From Guillardia theta CCMP2712 (taxonomy: Eukaryota; Protista; Cryptophyta): 64,000 bases of DNA. This document shows, piece by piece, positions 39,342 through 49,003 of this stretch. The position numbers and the translations under genes were made by a program. Under the pieces are notes generated by a model. That model was not told the origin of the DNA and made no database searches. It worked only from the letters and a program-made list of their open reading frames with translations. Where the stretch lies: NCBI RefSeq assembly GCF_000315625.1, contig NW_005434617.1, positions 241,757 through 305,756 of the forward strand. The letters run 5' to 3'. The first letter of the stretch is position 1. Each line of letters starts with the position of its first letter.

Positions 39342-40620
39342 GGGAGCGGGAGCAGGAGCAGGGATAGGGGTAAGTGCAGGAAGCAGGAGGCGGGAAAAGG
39401 ATGATTCTCACGGTCTTGGAGAACTCCTTCGCTCGCTCGCCGTCTGGCGTTGCGAAGATTTTGATCCCTGCGGGTAACGATGAGGAGGAATGGAATCAAC
39501 GAGGCGGACGCTGCAGACCCGACTCTGTCTGATCAGGAATCCCGACTGGAGAAGCAAACATGTCAAAACTCAACCCCAACCGCCTGCACCTCAACAAGTC
39601 ACCGATAAGGAAAGACGATCCCAATGAAAGAGAGGCTCCAAAGCGTCTCCCCTGCCATTGGCATCAGCACCTCGACGTCAAGAGCTTCATGCTGCTCTGC
39701 CAAGGGAAATAGGCAGCCTTCCTGCTGCTCACCGAATACTTCTTGTCGTCAAACAAGACGTTGATCAGGTTCCACTTAATGTCCAGCCCTTCCTTGGCGC
39801 TGCGAATGATAGATCAGAGGAGGAGGACGAGGACGAGGAGGGGGAGGAGGAGATGGTGGTGGTCGTGAACGAGTACGAGGAGAACAGAAACATAGTGGGA
39901 AAGGAGTAGCAAAAACGGGCGAGGACAAGGAAAACAAGTGTGAGGAATCAGGAGGCAGGACAAGAGATCGCAAGGACCATTCTGAGGAGTCCACAAGAGC
40001 ATCTCAGACGACCGACCTTGTCTCTTGCTTGTACACCAACACCGACTGATTCCCTGGATGCCCTATCGCAAGGAACTGACCATGGAGAGCGAGGGAGGAG
40101 CCAAACCCAGTGGACCAGCAGCTTTCAGCTGTGACGCGTCAGCAGCCGACACTCTCGTCCTCTCCCTCGCTACCATCTTGCGATCGTAGGCAGCTTTCCT
40201 CTTGCTCTAGACATTCCTGGGTCTCACACGTGATGATTTCAGCCTGTAGGACGCCTCCGTTAGCCCTCCGTACTCCAACGAGACTCCTTCACCTCGATCC
40301 ACTCGGTCGGTGAAATGCTCAAGTAGATCAGCACAGCCTGCCAGACAAGTCACTCTCCTCATACTCCTGCTCCTCTTCCTCTCCATTATTCATGTACAAT
40401 CATCCATCATCATCTCCACCAGGTTCCATACCGGCACAGGTTTGAGGGAGGAGTCCAGGAGCGTGGCGGACACTGCGACCTCTCCCTCTCCCATCGCGAC
40501 CTGAAGAGCATGAGGGAGCATGAGTAGAAGGTACAGGAGAGGACCTGCTTCCCGAAGGAGGAGGAGAGGAGAGTACGGTCTCCCGTAAGCCATGACGGCT
40601 TGCTGCAGTCAAGGGTCAGC
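36103..40620 (-). CDS. Large multi-exon protein with hydrophobic segments and a C-terminal RING-HC finger (E3 ligase); 5' extent uncertain
   Basis: Last three exons splice to FCCK/KCARRAIETVLVPCGHRIL/CRKCAKGVKKCDICQQPVKRVQPVFHV*, i.e. C-x2-C-x11-C-x-H-x3-C-x2-C-x6-C-x2-C (IAP-type RING); stop at 36103-36105. Confidence 0.7.
39195..39360. repeat. (GCAGGA)n / (GCGGGA)n hexamer array, intronic
   Basis: Direct observation. Confidence 0.95.
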
Positions 40621-42920
40621 CAGGCGGCAGCTGGTCAAGGGGAAGCTCACTGTCTGAAGGGATCTGCGGAGAGGGATCGAGGGAGGGACTGGAGATGCTT
40701 CCAGGAAAGATCGTCTTGAAGAACTACGAGCTCCACACATCCCCCTGTGTTGTGATCACCTGAATGGAGCAAAAGGGGTGGCAGAGAGGGGGAGCAGGAC
40801 AGCGTTCTCAGGGCTACCTCCAGCGAAAGCCACTATGGACTCGTACGTGGATATCTTTGCTTCTGATTGGCAGATGTCAGAAGGACAAGAAGAAGGCAGA
40901 ACAGGCACAAGACCTTTGAGGTGAAACCCGACCTTGCTCCTGGGACAGCTTTGGTTGTTCACAAATCAGAATGGAGTAGTCAACATTGTATGACATCAAG
41001 GCACCTAGGAGCGATGTGGACTTTGCCGTCACCCTCAAGTTTTCTGAGCACTGTGGGTGAAAAGTTGATTGACGTGGTTGAATTTCCATCAAACTGCATT
41101 CGAAAAGATGTTCATCCCGTACCAACACACCTTGCTCAACCCCGTCTTACCTGAACCACGGGCGCCTGACAATTTTTTGTCCCCACACACCTTGCGATTG
41201 CAATGCCTCCAGTACCACTCATGGCGTGAACTCTGTCTGTTGAAGACATGGAGGCGCCCAGCCCGCGAACTCCAAACTGTCGCAGGTTTGTCACGAGCAA
41301 GGTTTGTGTTGGTTTCATCAGCTCACATCAGGCAAGCAGCTGCTGAAAACGATATCTGACACTTTCCCATGGAGATGAACTGCATGATCGCTCTTCGCTC
41401 GTCCTTGAAGGCTTCCCATAGCCAATCCGACAGATGCCAACAGGCACAGTCGTTGCACCACCATTGGTACCTGCAAAGACAGAGGGCTCAAACATGTATG
41501 ACACGCTCAGCAACATGAACGAAGCTGGATATCCATCATCTCCATCACCACACGGTCCTTCTCATCGCACTCTAGTTGCTCCCTTCCCCCATCTCCTCCC
41601 TGCTCTCCACTCCTCTCCCTGCTGTGTCTACGACAAAAAGCATTTCACAGTGAATGGCGATAAACTACCCCACAGAATCATTCCAAAGGGTGGGTAGTCT
41701 ACACCACCCCTGCTATTTCCGCACAGTCCAAGGGAGGGTCCAGTAACAAATTCACTTTGAATCACCGGTACTTTGTAGGATAAATAGGGGGTGATATACC
41801 CCACCCCCTGACCCCCTAACTTGTAGCTTGTTCAAGCTGGGGCCAGAGCAAAGATGCAGGAGCGATATGCCGAATGACGGTGAGCGGGGGCAATGAGAAT
41901 GCGAAGAAGATGAAGCATTGAAGAGAGAACATCTAGATCATGTGAAATATGCAGACCATGTGAATGCAGTTGTATGATTGCCAATATTCCACATGAAGAG
42001 GATGTCAAAAGGGGAAGAGGAGTAGACAATATGTATGCATATCTGTGTTTTAGATGATAAGGGTCTTAGGAAATGACCATTACAAGAGAGGCAAAAGTGG
42101 ATTGTCAAACAGACTACCCAAAGGTCTGCGAGAGCTCCAAAGGTATTCAGTGAATGAGAAGAAGTTATCATCGAGAGAATACAATGTCAAGGGACCAGAA
42201 ATGTGCTAGAGCATAAAAACAGATTGTTTGCGTAAATTTTGAGAACTCCAGAGTCAGATTGTTTGTCTGAAATTTGAAAACTTGTGAGACTGTGCCTTTA
42301 TCATCTGCACAGCAAGAGAGCCATTGGTCGAGATAAATATCTGTGCTGGAACATCATGCTCCAGAAAGCTGATGAGTCGCATGCCCGGCCTCGGAACGTG
42401 GCGAAGAGTGGGTCGTAGGACATACCCCCGAAAATAAGAGAGGAGGGAGCAGAGGGAAGCGAGGAGTGCGATGATTCAACACAGAAGCACAGTTGAGGGA
42501 GATGGTTGAACTTTGGAGATGAGGAAACAAATCTCAAAGTCAAGTATTGTATCAAGGTCTACCCAATCAATAAACAAGCAAAGTGAACTACGCGACGACC
42601 GAACCAACGGGTTAGAAGCTTGAATGCTGTATTGAACTACTAAACCGAGATATCCAAAGTGGACGAGAACAGAGCAATAATCATATGGCATACTCTTGCA
42701 GTAATTCAGTATCAGGTAGCCTCTGCAGAGGATACAATCCACAAAATAGTGATGAGACGTGTAATGTGAACACAAAAGCGCTGCCACAGGCAATCTATGC
42801 ATATGATGTGCACTGACTTAGTTGACAATATCCAAGAATGAGGTGGGTTCACATTCAGCATAACATATTGATCAGAGGTTCTTCGGTTTACTCTCCTCTA
42901 CAGTCTACCGCAACAATAAT

Positions 42921-43106
42921 TTACGAGCGGTTGTAGAAGTAGTCCCAGTGGTTGCGAGCGCGAACCCAGTCATCGTAGGCAGCGGCATCGTTGGCCTTGT
43001 AGTAGGTGTCAGCAGAGGCGTTGTAGAGCTGACGGGCCTGGGCGTTCTGGCCAGCGGCCTTGGCGTAGAGAGCAGCAGCAGTCTGACCGTAGAGAACAGA
43101 GAACAT
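42921..43106 (-). CDS. 61-aa Ala/Tyr-rich protein, candidate Tri-family (RebB-like) ejectisome ribbon protein
   Basis: MFSVLYGQTAAALYAKAAGQNAQARQLYNASADTYYKANDAAAYDDWVRARNHWDYFYNRS; strong highly-expressed codon bias like cpeA; LY..TA.AL...A......Q..N..A resembles the RebB core. Confidence 0.65.
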   Translation of the reverse strand: MFSVLYGQTAAALYAKAAGQNAQARQLYNASADTYYKANDAAAYDDWVRARNHWDYFYNRS

Positions 43107-43555
43107 TCTGAAAAGAAGAGCGTCAATAATTTGCTTGCAGAACTTGGTTAACAACACATTAATTCATCTAGCCACAATCATGGAACAAGTTCCTTCAATC
43201 ACAGTGTATTTCCCATATTCATGTGCAAAATATTCAGATGGACAATTAATTCGGCAACAAACTTTATGCGCAACAATCAAGAAATGAAAGAAGGCGCATG
43301 GGGACAAGCATGAACGTGGAGAACACAAATACGAGAAAATCAAGGTGTGGAACCCAACGCCACGATGGAAACATCCAATGATGGTAAGAAAAGAAAGTCA
43401 AACAATTCAAGCATCGAGAAATAATTCATAAGACATGTACAAAGTCGCAAATTTGAAAGCATCACAGGACAGCAGCACAACAGAATTGCATGAACATGAG
43501 GTCAGGTTGTTCGAGCCATACCCGGTGTGTGAAGAGCCACCTGTCGTGACCCTTC

Positions 43556-43562
43556 TTATATA
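43556..43562 (-). promoter_or_regulatory. TATA box (TATATAA) for the 61-aa gene, with a predicted 5'-UTR intron 43108-43521
   Basis: GTATGG donor at 43521 and a TTTTCAG acceptor one base before the ATG. Confidence 0.5.
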
Positions 43563-44975
43563 CAAGCTCTGAATCGGGGGTGGGGTATGTGTACCACCCG
43601 TCATGTTCACCCCACCCTTCCTGCTAAGCTTCAGTTTTTCTCCAGTACCTACTCATCACGTATCCCTGCCACCCGTACTCGACTACCCCAGGTGGCTGGA
43701 AACTATCAGAGGCTAGTACGAAGGGGTACTCTATCAAATCAGTGGGTGGTAGGCCACTGTGTCCCAAGGGTTGTCAAGGCAGGAATGGGGTGTGAGTCAA
43801 GCCGGGGTTATACCATACCTATACTATAGCCAATAATTTCATATATAAAGTAGGGGTGATGGTAGGTACCCCTCCAGTTTTCACGGTTCCCTCCACCTCG
43901 CCACACTTAGCGAAGGGACAGACGTGTCTCTTCTAAAATAACGGCATTTGTAACCACCCTTGAACAAATGAAACGTACTGTAACGACTTATCATGAGGGC
44001 GATGACTAGATGGCTCGATAAGGCCGTTCGTTGACGTAAACTACCCCCAATACCATTGTACCCACCCCTCCTGAAAAAACTACCTACCTGGGTGCTGGGA
44101 TCCCCACTTGTGAAGTGCTACACCAAGCACCGTATGTTTATTGATAAAGACTACACATTTTCTAAGTGAATCAATAATTGAAATGCAATATCATAAGAGC
44201 CTTGCCCTTTTGCCTCCCTACCCCCTACGGTACCGTCATTCCCACAACACCCCCTGTATTGACCTACCCCTAACACTTACTACCCCTATCTTCTGAACCA
44301 CCTTGACCGTCCAACGTCACTGAAGCCCTTATTCTATACCCCACCCCTTAATAGATACATCCCATCTCTGCAAGTACCGGTACTGATTTCTTTATTACCG
44401 GTACTTTCAATATAAAAATTGCCGGTACTCTGGAAGAATGACCTACCCCTTGACTCATTCGATATTCACTACCCCCCATTTAGGGCCCCCTAACGCCAAT
44501 TCTTCCTGAATCACCCACACCCGCATCGTGTACCCCTCCATCCAGATGACCACCTGGAGATCTGAAATGTACCCACCCTTTTGACCGAAAATTTCCTATC
44601 GAAGAACCAGTACTTGAAAACAAGTACCCGTACATTTCATACAAAAATGCGTATGGGTGGGTGCCCCTACCCCATGTCTCTCGACTATAACAACCAACGC
44701 TCCAACTGAGTTCATCCTTGCTACCGCACGAAGTTCGCATCCTGGCTACAACCTCCTCCTCCCTCCCTCCCCTCCTCATCCTCTGTCTTGCCCATCTCTT
44801 CTATCCCTGACAGAGACTAGTAGAGATCTCTACTAGTCTTCCTCTCGCATCTCCTCCAAATTGCCTCGAAGATACTAGTTCGACGGGGTTTCGAAAACTC
44901 AGTCCGTTGGCAACAAACAGCACGACACGTCGCCTTTCTGCCCTTTGATGAAAAGAAAGTTGATAGCCTTGTGAA

Positions 44976-47180
44976 ATGACTACAAGATATCGCATCCCCT
45001 CCTCGGCCTACCCGGTCCCCCCTGCCTCTATCCATTCCACAAATCCTCTCCATCCGCCATCTGACAAGCCGAACAATATCATCGAGCACACCAAGAAAGA
45101 TGCAACTGGCAGGGTCTCCGTCAAGAAGTATCTCAAGGGAGCTCTCCTGGGGAAGGGAGGCTTCGCAAAATGCTTCCAAGTGACCGACCTGGACACGAAG
45201 GAGGACTGGGCTTGCAAGATCATCCAAAAGTCCTCGCTGACCAAGCAGAGACACAAGCAGAAGTTGCAGTCGGAGATCAAGATCCACAAGTCCCTCAGCC
45301 ACAAGAACATCGTTAGGTTCCATGATGTGTTCGAGGACAAGGAGAATGTCTACATCGTCATGGAACTGTGCCCTAACCAGACGATGCTCGAGCACGTGAA
45401 GCGCAGGAAGCGGCTGTCAGAATCTGACACCAGACGGTTCATGCTTCAGATCCTGGACGCTGTTCGCTTCATGCACCAGTACAGAGTGATCCATCGAGAC
45501 CTGAAGTTGGGGAACTTCTTCCTGGGCAAGAACAATGAGGTCAAGATCGGGGACTTCGGGCTCGCCTGCAAGCTGCAGTTTGACGGGGAGAGAAAGAAGA
45601 CTCTGTGCGGCACCCCCAACTACATCGCACCTGAGGTGCTGGACGGGAAGGACGGCCACAGCTACGAGGTTGACATCTGGAGCATTGGCGTCATCCTGTA
45701 CACCTGCCTGGTGGGCAAGCCTCCCTTCGAGACGGCTGACGTGAAGTCGACATACAAGCTGATCCAGTCAAACACGTACTCGTTCCCTCCTCGGCTGGAG
45801 ATCAGCGAGTCAGCCAAGGCGCTTGTGAGGTCGATCCTGCAGTCGAGGCCAGAGAAGAGGCCGTCGATCGAGGACATCATGAGGGACGACTTCTTCCTCG
45901 GGCAGGGGATCGCGCTGCTGCAGGGCAGGGACGACCCGCTGAACACAAGCGGGAACAACAGCGGGAACCGAGGGAAGCTCAAGGACGCCCTGATCTTCTC
46001 CAGCTCGTCCAACACTGCTCCAACCGATGCCCGCGCGCCCCTCCAGCCCGTGCAGGAGGTGAAGAACGTGGAGCAGGACAAGAACAAGAAGGTCAGGGCG
46101 GACGGAGCCCCGTTGGGCCTGGCATCCTGCAACATAGAGAGGAAGCCGATGACTATCCTGTCTGGCCTGTCGTCGGTTGGGAACATCTATCGGCCGATGC
46201 TGCAACAGCAGGTTGCCGGGGAGGATATGCAGAGGAACAGCGACAGGGACTCGGAGTCGTCACCCACCAAGAAAGTGACGAAGCAGATGGGAGCGCTGGA
46301 TGTCAAGGACAAGACCAACTTTCTCCTCCCGACTTCCTCCTCCTCCTCCTCCTCCGATCCAGCCACTACCATTCAACGGAAGGCCTCCGACTGCGGGTCG
46401 GACGCGGCATCCTCTGCATCCACAGCCAGCGCGCCTGTCTCGGCGAGGTCGGACAAGGATGTCCCGGTGGCATCGGCCGCCGTTGAGGACGAGCATGCGA
46501 TGAGGAACATGCACAACAACATCACTGCAGCCCTGAGCTCGGCGGTCAAGGGGTCGTCGTCGTACGTGGGGACCCTGCCGCTGCCCCAGGTGTGGGTGAG
46601 CAGCTGGGTGGACTACTCGAAGAAGTATGGGCTGGGGTACAAGCTGAGCAACGATCAGTACGGAGTGTTTTTTAACGACTCGACCAAGATCCTGCTGCAG
46701 TTGGACGGGAGCTCGTTCGAGTACATGGAGAGGCAAAGAATGGACGGGAACAACGTCAAGTTTGACAAGCGATCGAGCTACACGATGGGTGAGCGGCCTG
46801 CAGAGCTGAACAAGAAGGTGACGCTGCTGGGGCACTTCAAGAACTACCTCAACGACTCGAGCAAGGTAGAAGGAGGAGACAAGGGGAAGGAGGCCTTCGA
46901 CCGGAGCAACGTGGCGAAGGAGACAGAGGATGGAATCTACGTGAGGAAGTGGATGAGGACGAGGCACTCGGTCATCTTCCGCCTCAGCAACAACTGCTTC
47001 CAGATCTCCTTCAACGACGACTCTGAAGTCTTCCTGTGGGCCTCCAGGAGGTGGGTCACGTACCGGAGTAGGACGAAGCCGCTGCGCACGATGGACCTCA
47101 AGGATGCGGCATGCGATGCCGACATTGCCAAGAGGCTCAAGTACGCGGATGACATCCTGGTGCAGCTGCTGGCGGCCTGA
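44976..47180 (+). CDS. PLK1: Polo-like kinase (734 aa, intronless)
   Basis: LGKGGFAKC, HRDLKLGN, IGDFGLA, KKTLCGTPNYIAPE kinase motifs; polo boxes WVSSWVDYSKKYGLGY...GVFFNDSTK and YVRKWMRTRHSVIFRLSN...QISFND. Confidence 0.97.
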   Translation: MTTRYRIPSSAYPVPPASIHSTNPLHPPSDKPNNIIEHTKKDATGRVSVKKYLKGALLGKGGFAKCFQVTDLDTKEDWACKIIQKSSLTKQRHKQKLQSEIKIHKSLSHKNIVRFHDVFEDKENVYIVMELCPNQTMLEHVKRRKRLSESDTRRFMLQILDAVRFMHQYRVIHRDLKLGNFFLGKNNEVKIGDFGLACKLQFDGERKKTLCGTPNYIAPEVLDGKDGHSYEVDIWSIGVILYTCLVGKPPFETADVKSTYKLIQSNTYSFPPRLEISESAKALVRSILQSRPEKRPSIEDIMRDDFFLGQGIALLQGRDDPLNTSGNNSGNRGKLKDALIFSSSSNTAPTDARAPLQPVQEVKNVEQDKNKKVRADGAPLGLASCNIERKPMTILSGLSSVGNIYRPMLQQQVAGEDMQRNSDRDSESSPTKKVTKQMGALDVKDKTNFLLPTSSSSSSSDPATTIQRKASDCGSDAASSASTASAPVSARSDKDVPVASAAVEDEHAMRNMHNNITAALSSAVKGSSSYVGTLPLPQVWVSSWVDYSKKYGLGYKLSNDQYGVFFNDSTKILLQLDGSSFEYMERQRMDGNNVKFDKRSSYTMGERPAELNKKVTLLGHFKNYLNDSSKVEGGDKGKEAFDRSNVAKETEDGIYVRKWMRTRHSVIFRLSNNCFQISFNDDSEVFLWASRRWVTYRSRTKPLRTMDLKDAACDADIAKRLKYADDILVQLLAA

Positions 47181-47407
47181 GGTTGAGCTGGAGACATTTG
47201 GCTGTTTTTTTTCCATCTTTTCGGTTATTCTTTGATACGCTTAATAAGAAATTGTTTGTGAAACTTACTCACCTCCTCTCCTTTCTTGTGTCTTCTTTCC
47301 GAACCTCATTCCTCGTCTTCCGTCCGCTTCTATCCTTACTCCCCCATCATCATCATCATCATCATCATCATACACTGGCTCTCTCCTCTCATACTCTCCG
47401 TGAGAGT

Positions 47408-48434
47408 TCAGGAGATGCTGAGAAGTTCTACTTCAAAGATGAGAGTGCTGTTAGGAGGGATCTCAGGAGGCGATCCTCGTTTGCCGTAACCCAACCTGCC
47501 ATGACGTATCAAGCCCACATCCCTGCTCTCCCCTCCTCCTCAACCCCTCCCGCATGTCTTCCCCTCCTCCCTCCTATCCTCCCCCTCGCCTTCCTCCACT
47601 CCTCTCGCCTCCTCCTCCTCCCTGCCCTCCTCCTCCTCCTCTCCTCCCATGCACCAACTTTGGAGGGATGGTGAGCTTGCGTTTGCCCCCTTTCTTCATG
47701 CCCTTCACGCCTCGGTCCCATCCCTTGATCACTTCCCCGGCATCGATCGTGAACTTGAACCGGCTCGACGCGTCAAACTGTGTCCCGTCCTCCAACCTCC
47801 CCACGTACTTCATCGTTACCGTGTCCTGCGACTCTGCAGTCTTTCCTTCCCCCACCTTCATGTCCTCCACCACCATCTTCTCTTCCTCAGGCTCCTCATA
47901 CTCCTCCCCAGGAATACTGTAGCTGCTCTTGTTCTGCACGAGCTTCCCGTTTGCCACGGCCTTCTTCAGCACCTTGAGGACAAGAGTGTTGTTGTCCACT
48001 CCTGTGCTTGCTTTCACAAACTTCTTGATGTACACGAGGCTGCTGCCGCTGCCGATTGGAAGTCAACTCAAAAGAAGATCTGCTCCGGATATGGCACTCC
48101 CATTTCCATCATCAAAACCATCATCACCATCATCACCATCATCACCATCATCACCATCATCACCATCATCACCATCATCACCATCATCACCATCATCACC
48201 CTCTCAATCTCAATCTCAATGTACATCTCCATCTACATCTCCATCTACACATACTTCTACATCTACATCTACATCTACATCTACATCTACATCTACATCT
48301 ACATCTGCATCTACATCTACATCTACATCTACATCTACATCTACATCTACATCTACATCTACATCATCTCACCTCTTCTTCTTCTCTTCTCTGATCGCTC
48401 GCTTGATCGTTTCCAGCAAATCCTCCTTAGCCAT
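47408..48434 (-). CDS. Linker histone H1 globular (H15) domain fused to an FKBP-type PPIase; join(48373-48434,47659-48048,47408-47495), 179 aa
   Basis: Spliced product [66 protein letters not shown], then VEDMKVGEG...[16 protein letters not shown]...[52 protein letters not shown]; both introns GT-AG and in phase. Confidence 0.88.
48106..48362. repeat. Intronic (CACCATCAT)n and (CATCTA)n arrays
   Basis: Direct observation, within intron 1 of the H1-FKBP gene. Confidence 0.95.
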
Positions 48435-48825
48435 TATCCCGACGACCTCAGCCAACCCCACCCCTACCCCCTCTTTTTCCTTCAGACACCACCCACATTT
48501 ATACTTCAAACTCACCCCCCAAGAACAGCCCAAGGACCCACCCCACAGAGATAAGGCCTTGCAAGGACCTTTTATCAGCATGCAGATAGCAAGGGAACAG
48601 ATGGGAACAAGTGCGAGAGAGGAGGAGGAGAGGAGGAGAGGAGGAAGAAGAAGGGGACAAGAGAAGGAAGAGGACAAGGAGGAGGAGGAGGAGATGAGGA
48701 GGAGGAGGAGGAGAGGAGAAGCAGGAGAAGCAGGGGGGGGCGGGGGAGGAGAGGAGAAGAGGAGGACGAAGACCAGGAGGGGAGCAGAGGAGGACGAGGA
48801 CGAGGACGAGGACGAGGAGGACGAG

Positions 48826-48861
<36 letters not shown>

Positions 48862-49003
48862 GATGAGGACGAGGGGTGCTTGAAAGGAAGGCGAGCTTCC
48901 TTGTGGAGTACCAAAGATTGGGAAGGAGGAAAGGAGAGATCGTCCTGCCGCAGACACCCTTGAACGGATCCCCTGACTTGACATGCTTGTCTCTCACCCC
49001 AAT

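Noticed and set aside
43560-44690. ACCCC-rich DNA as interstitial telomere repeat or transposon end
   Set aside because: No regular tandem unit, terminal inverted repeats or target-site duplication visible; no transposase or RT ORF recognised in the window.
44817-47216. Long antisense ORFs over PLK1
   Set aside because: Expected shadows of GC3-biased coding sequence.
17703-48434. Functional cluster of chromatin and cell-cycle genes (pseudo-HDAC, Bromo-RFTS, PLK1, H1-FKBP, CEP164-like)
   Set aside because: Genes are interspersed with unrelated ones over 30 kb; no evidence beyond chance without synteny or co-expression data.
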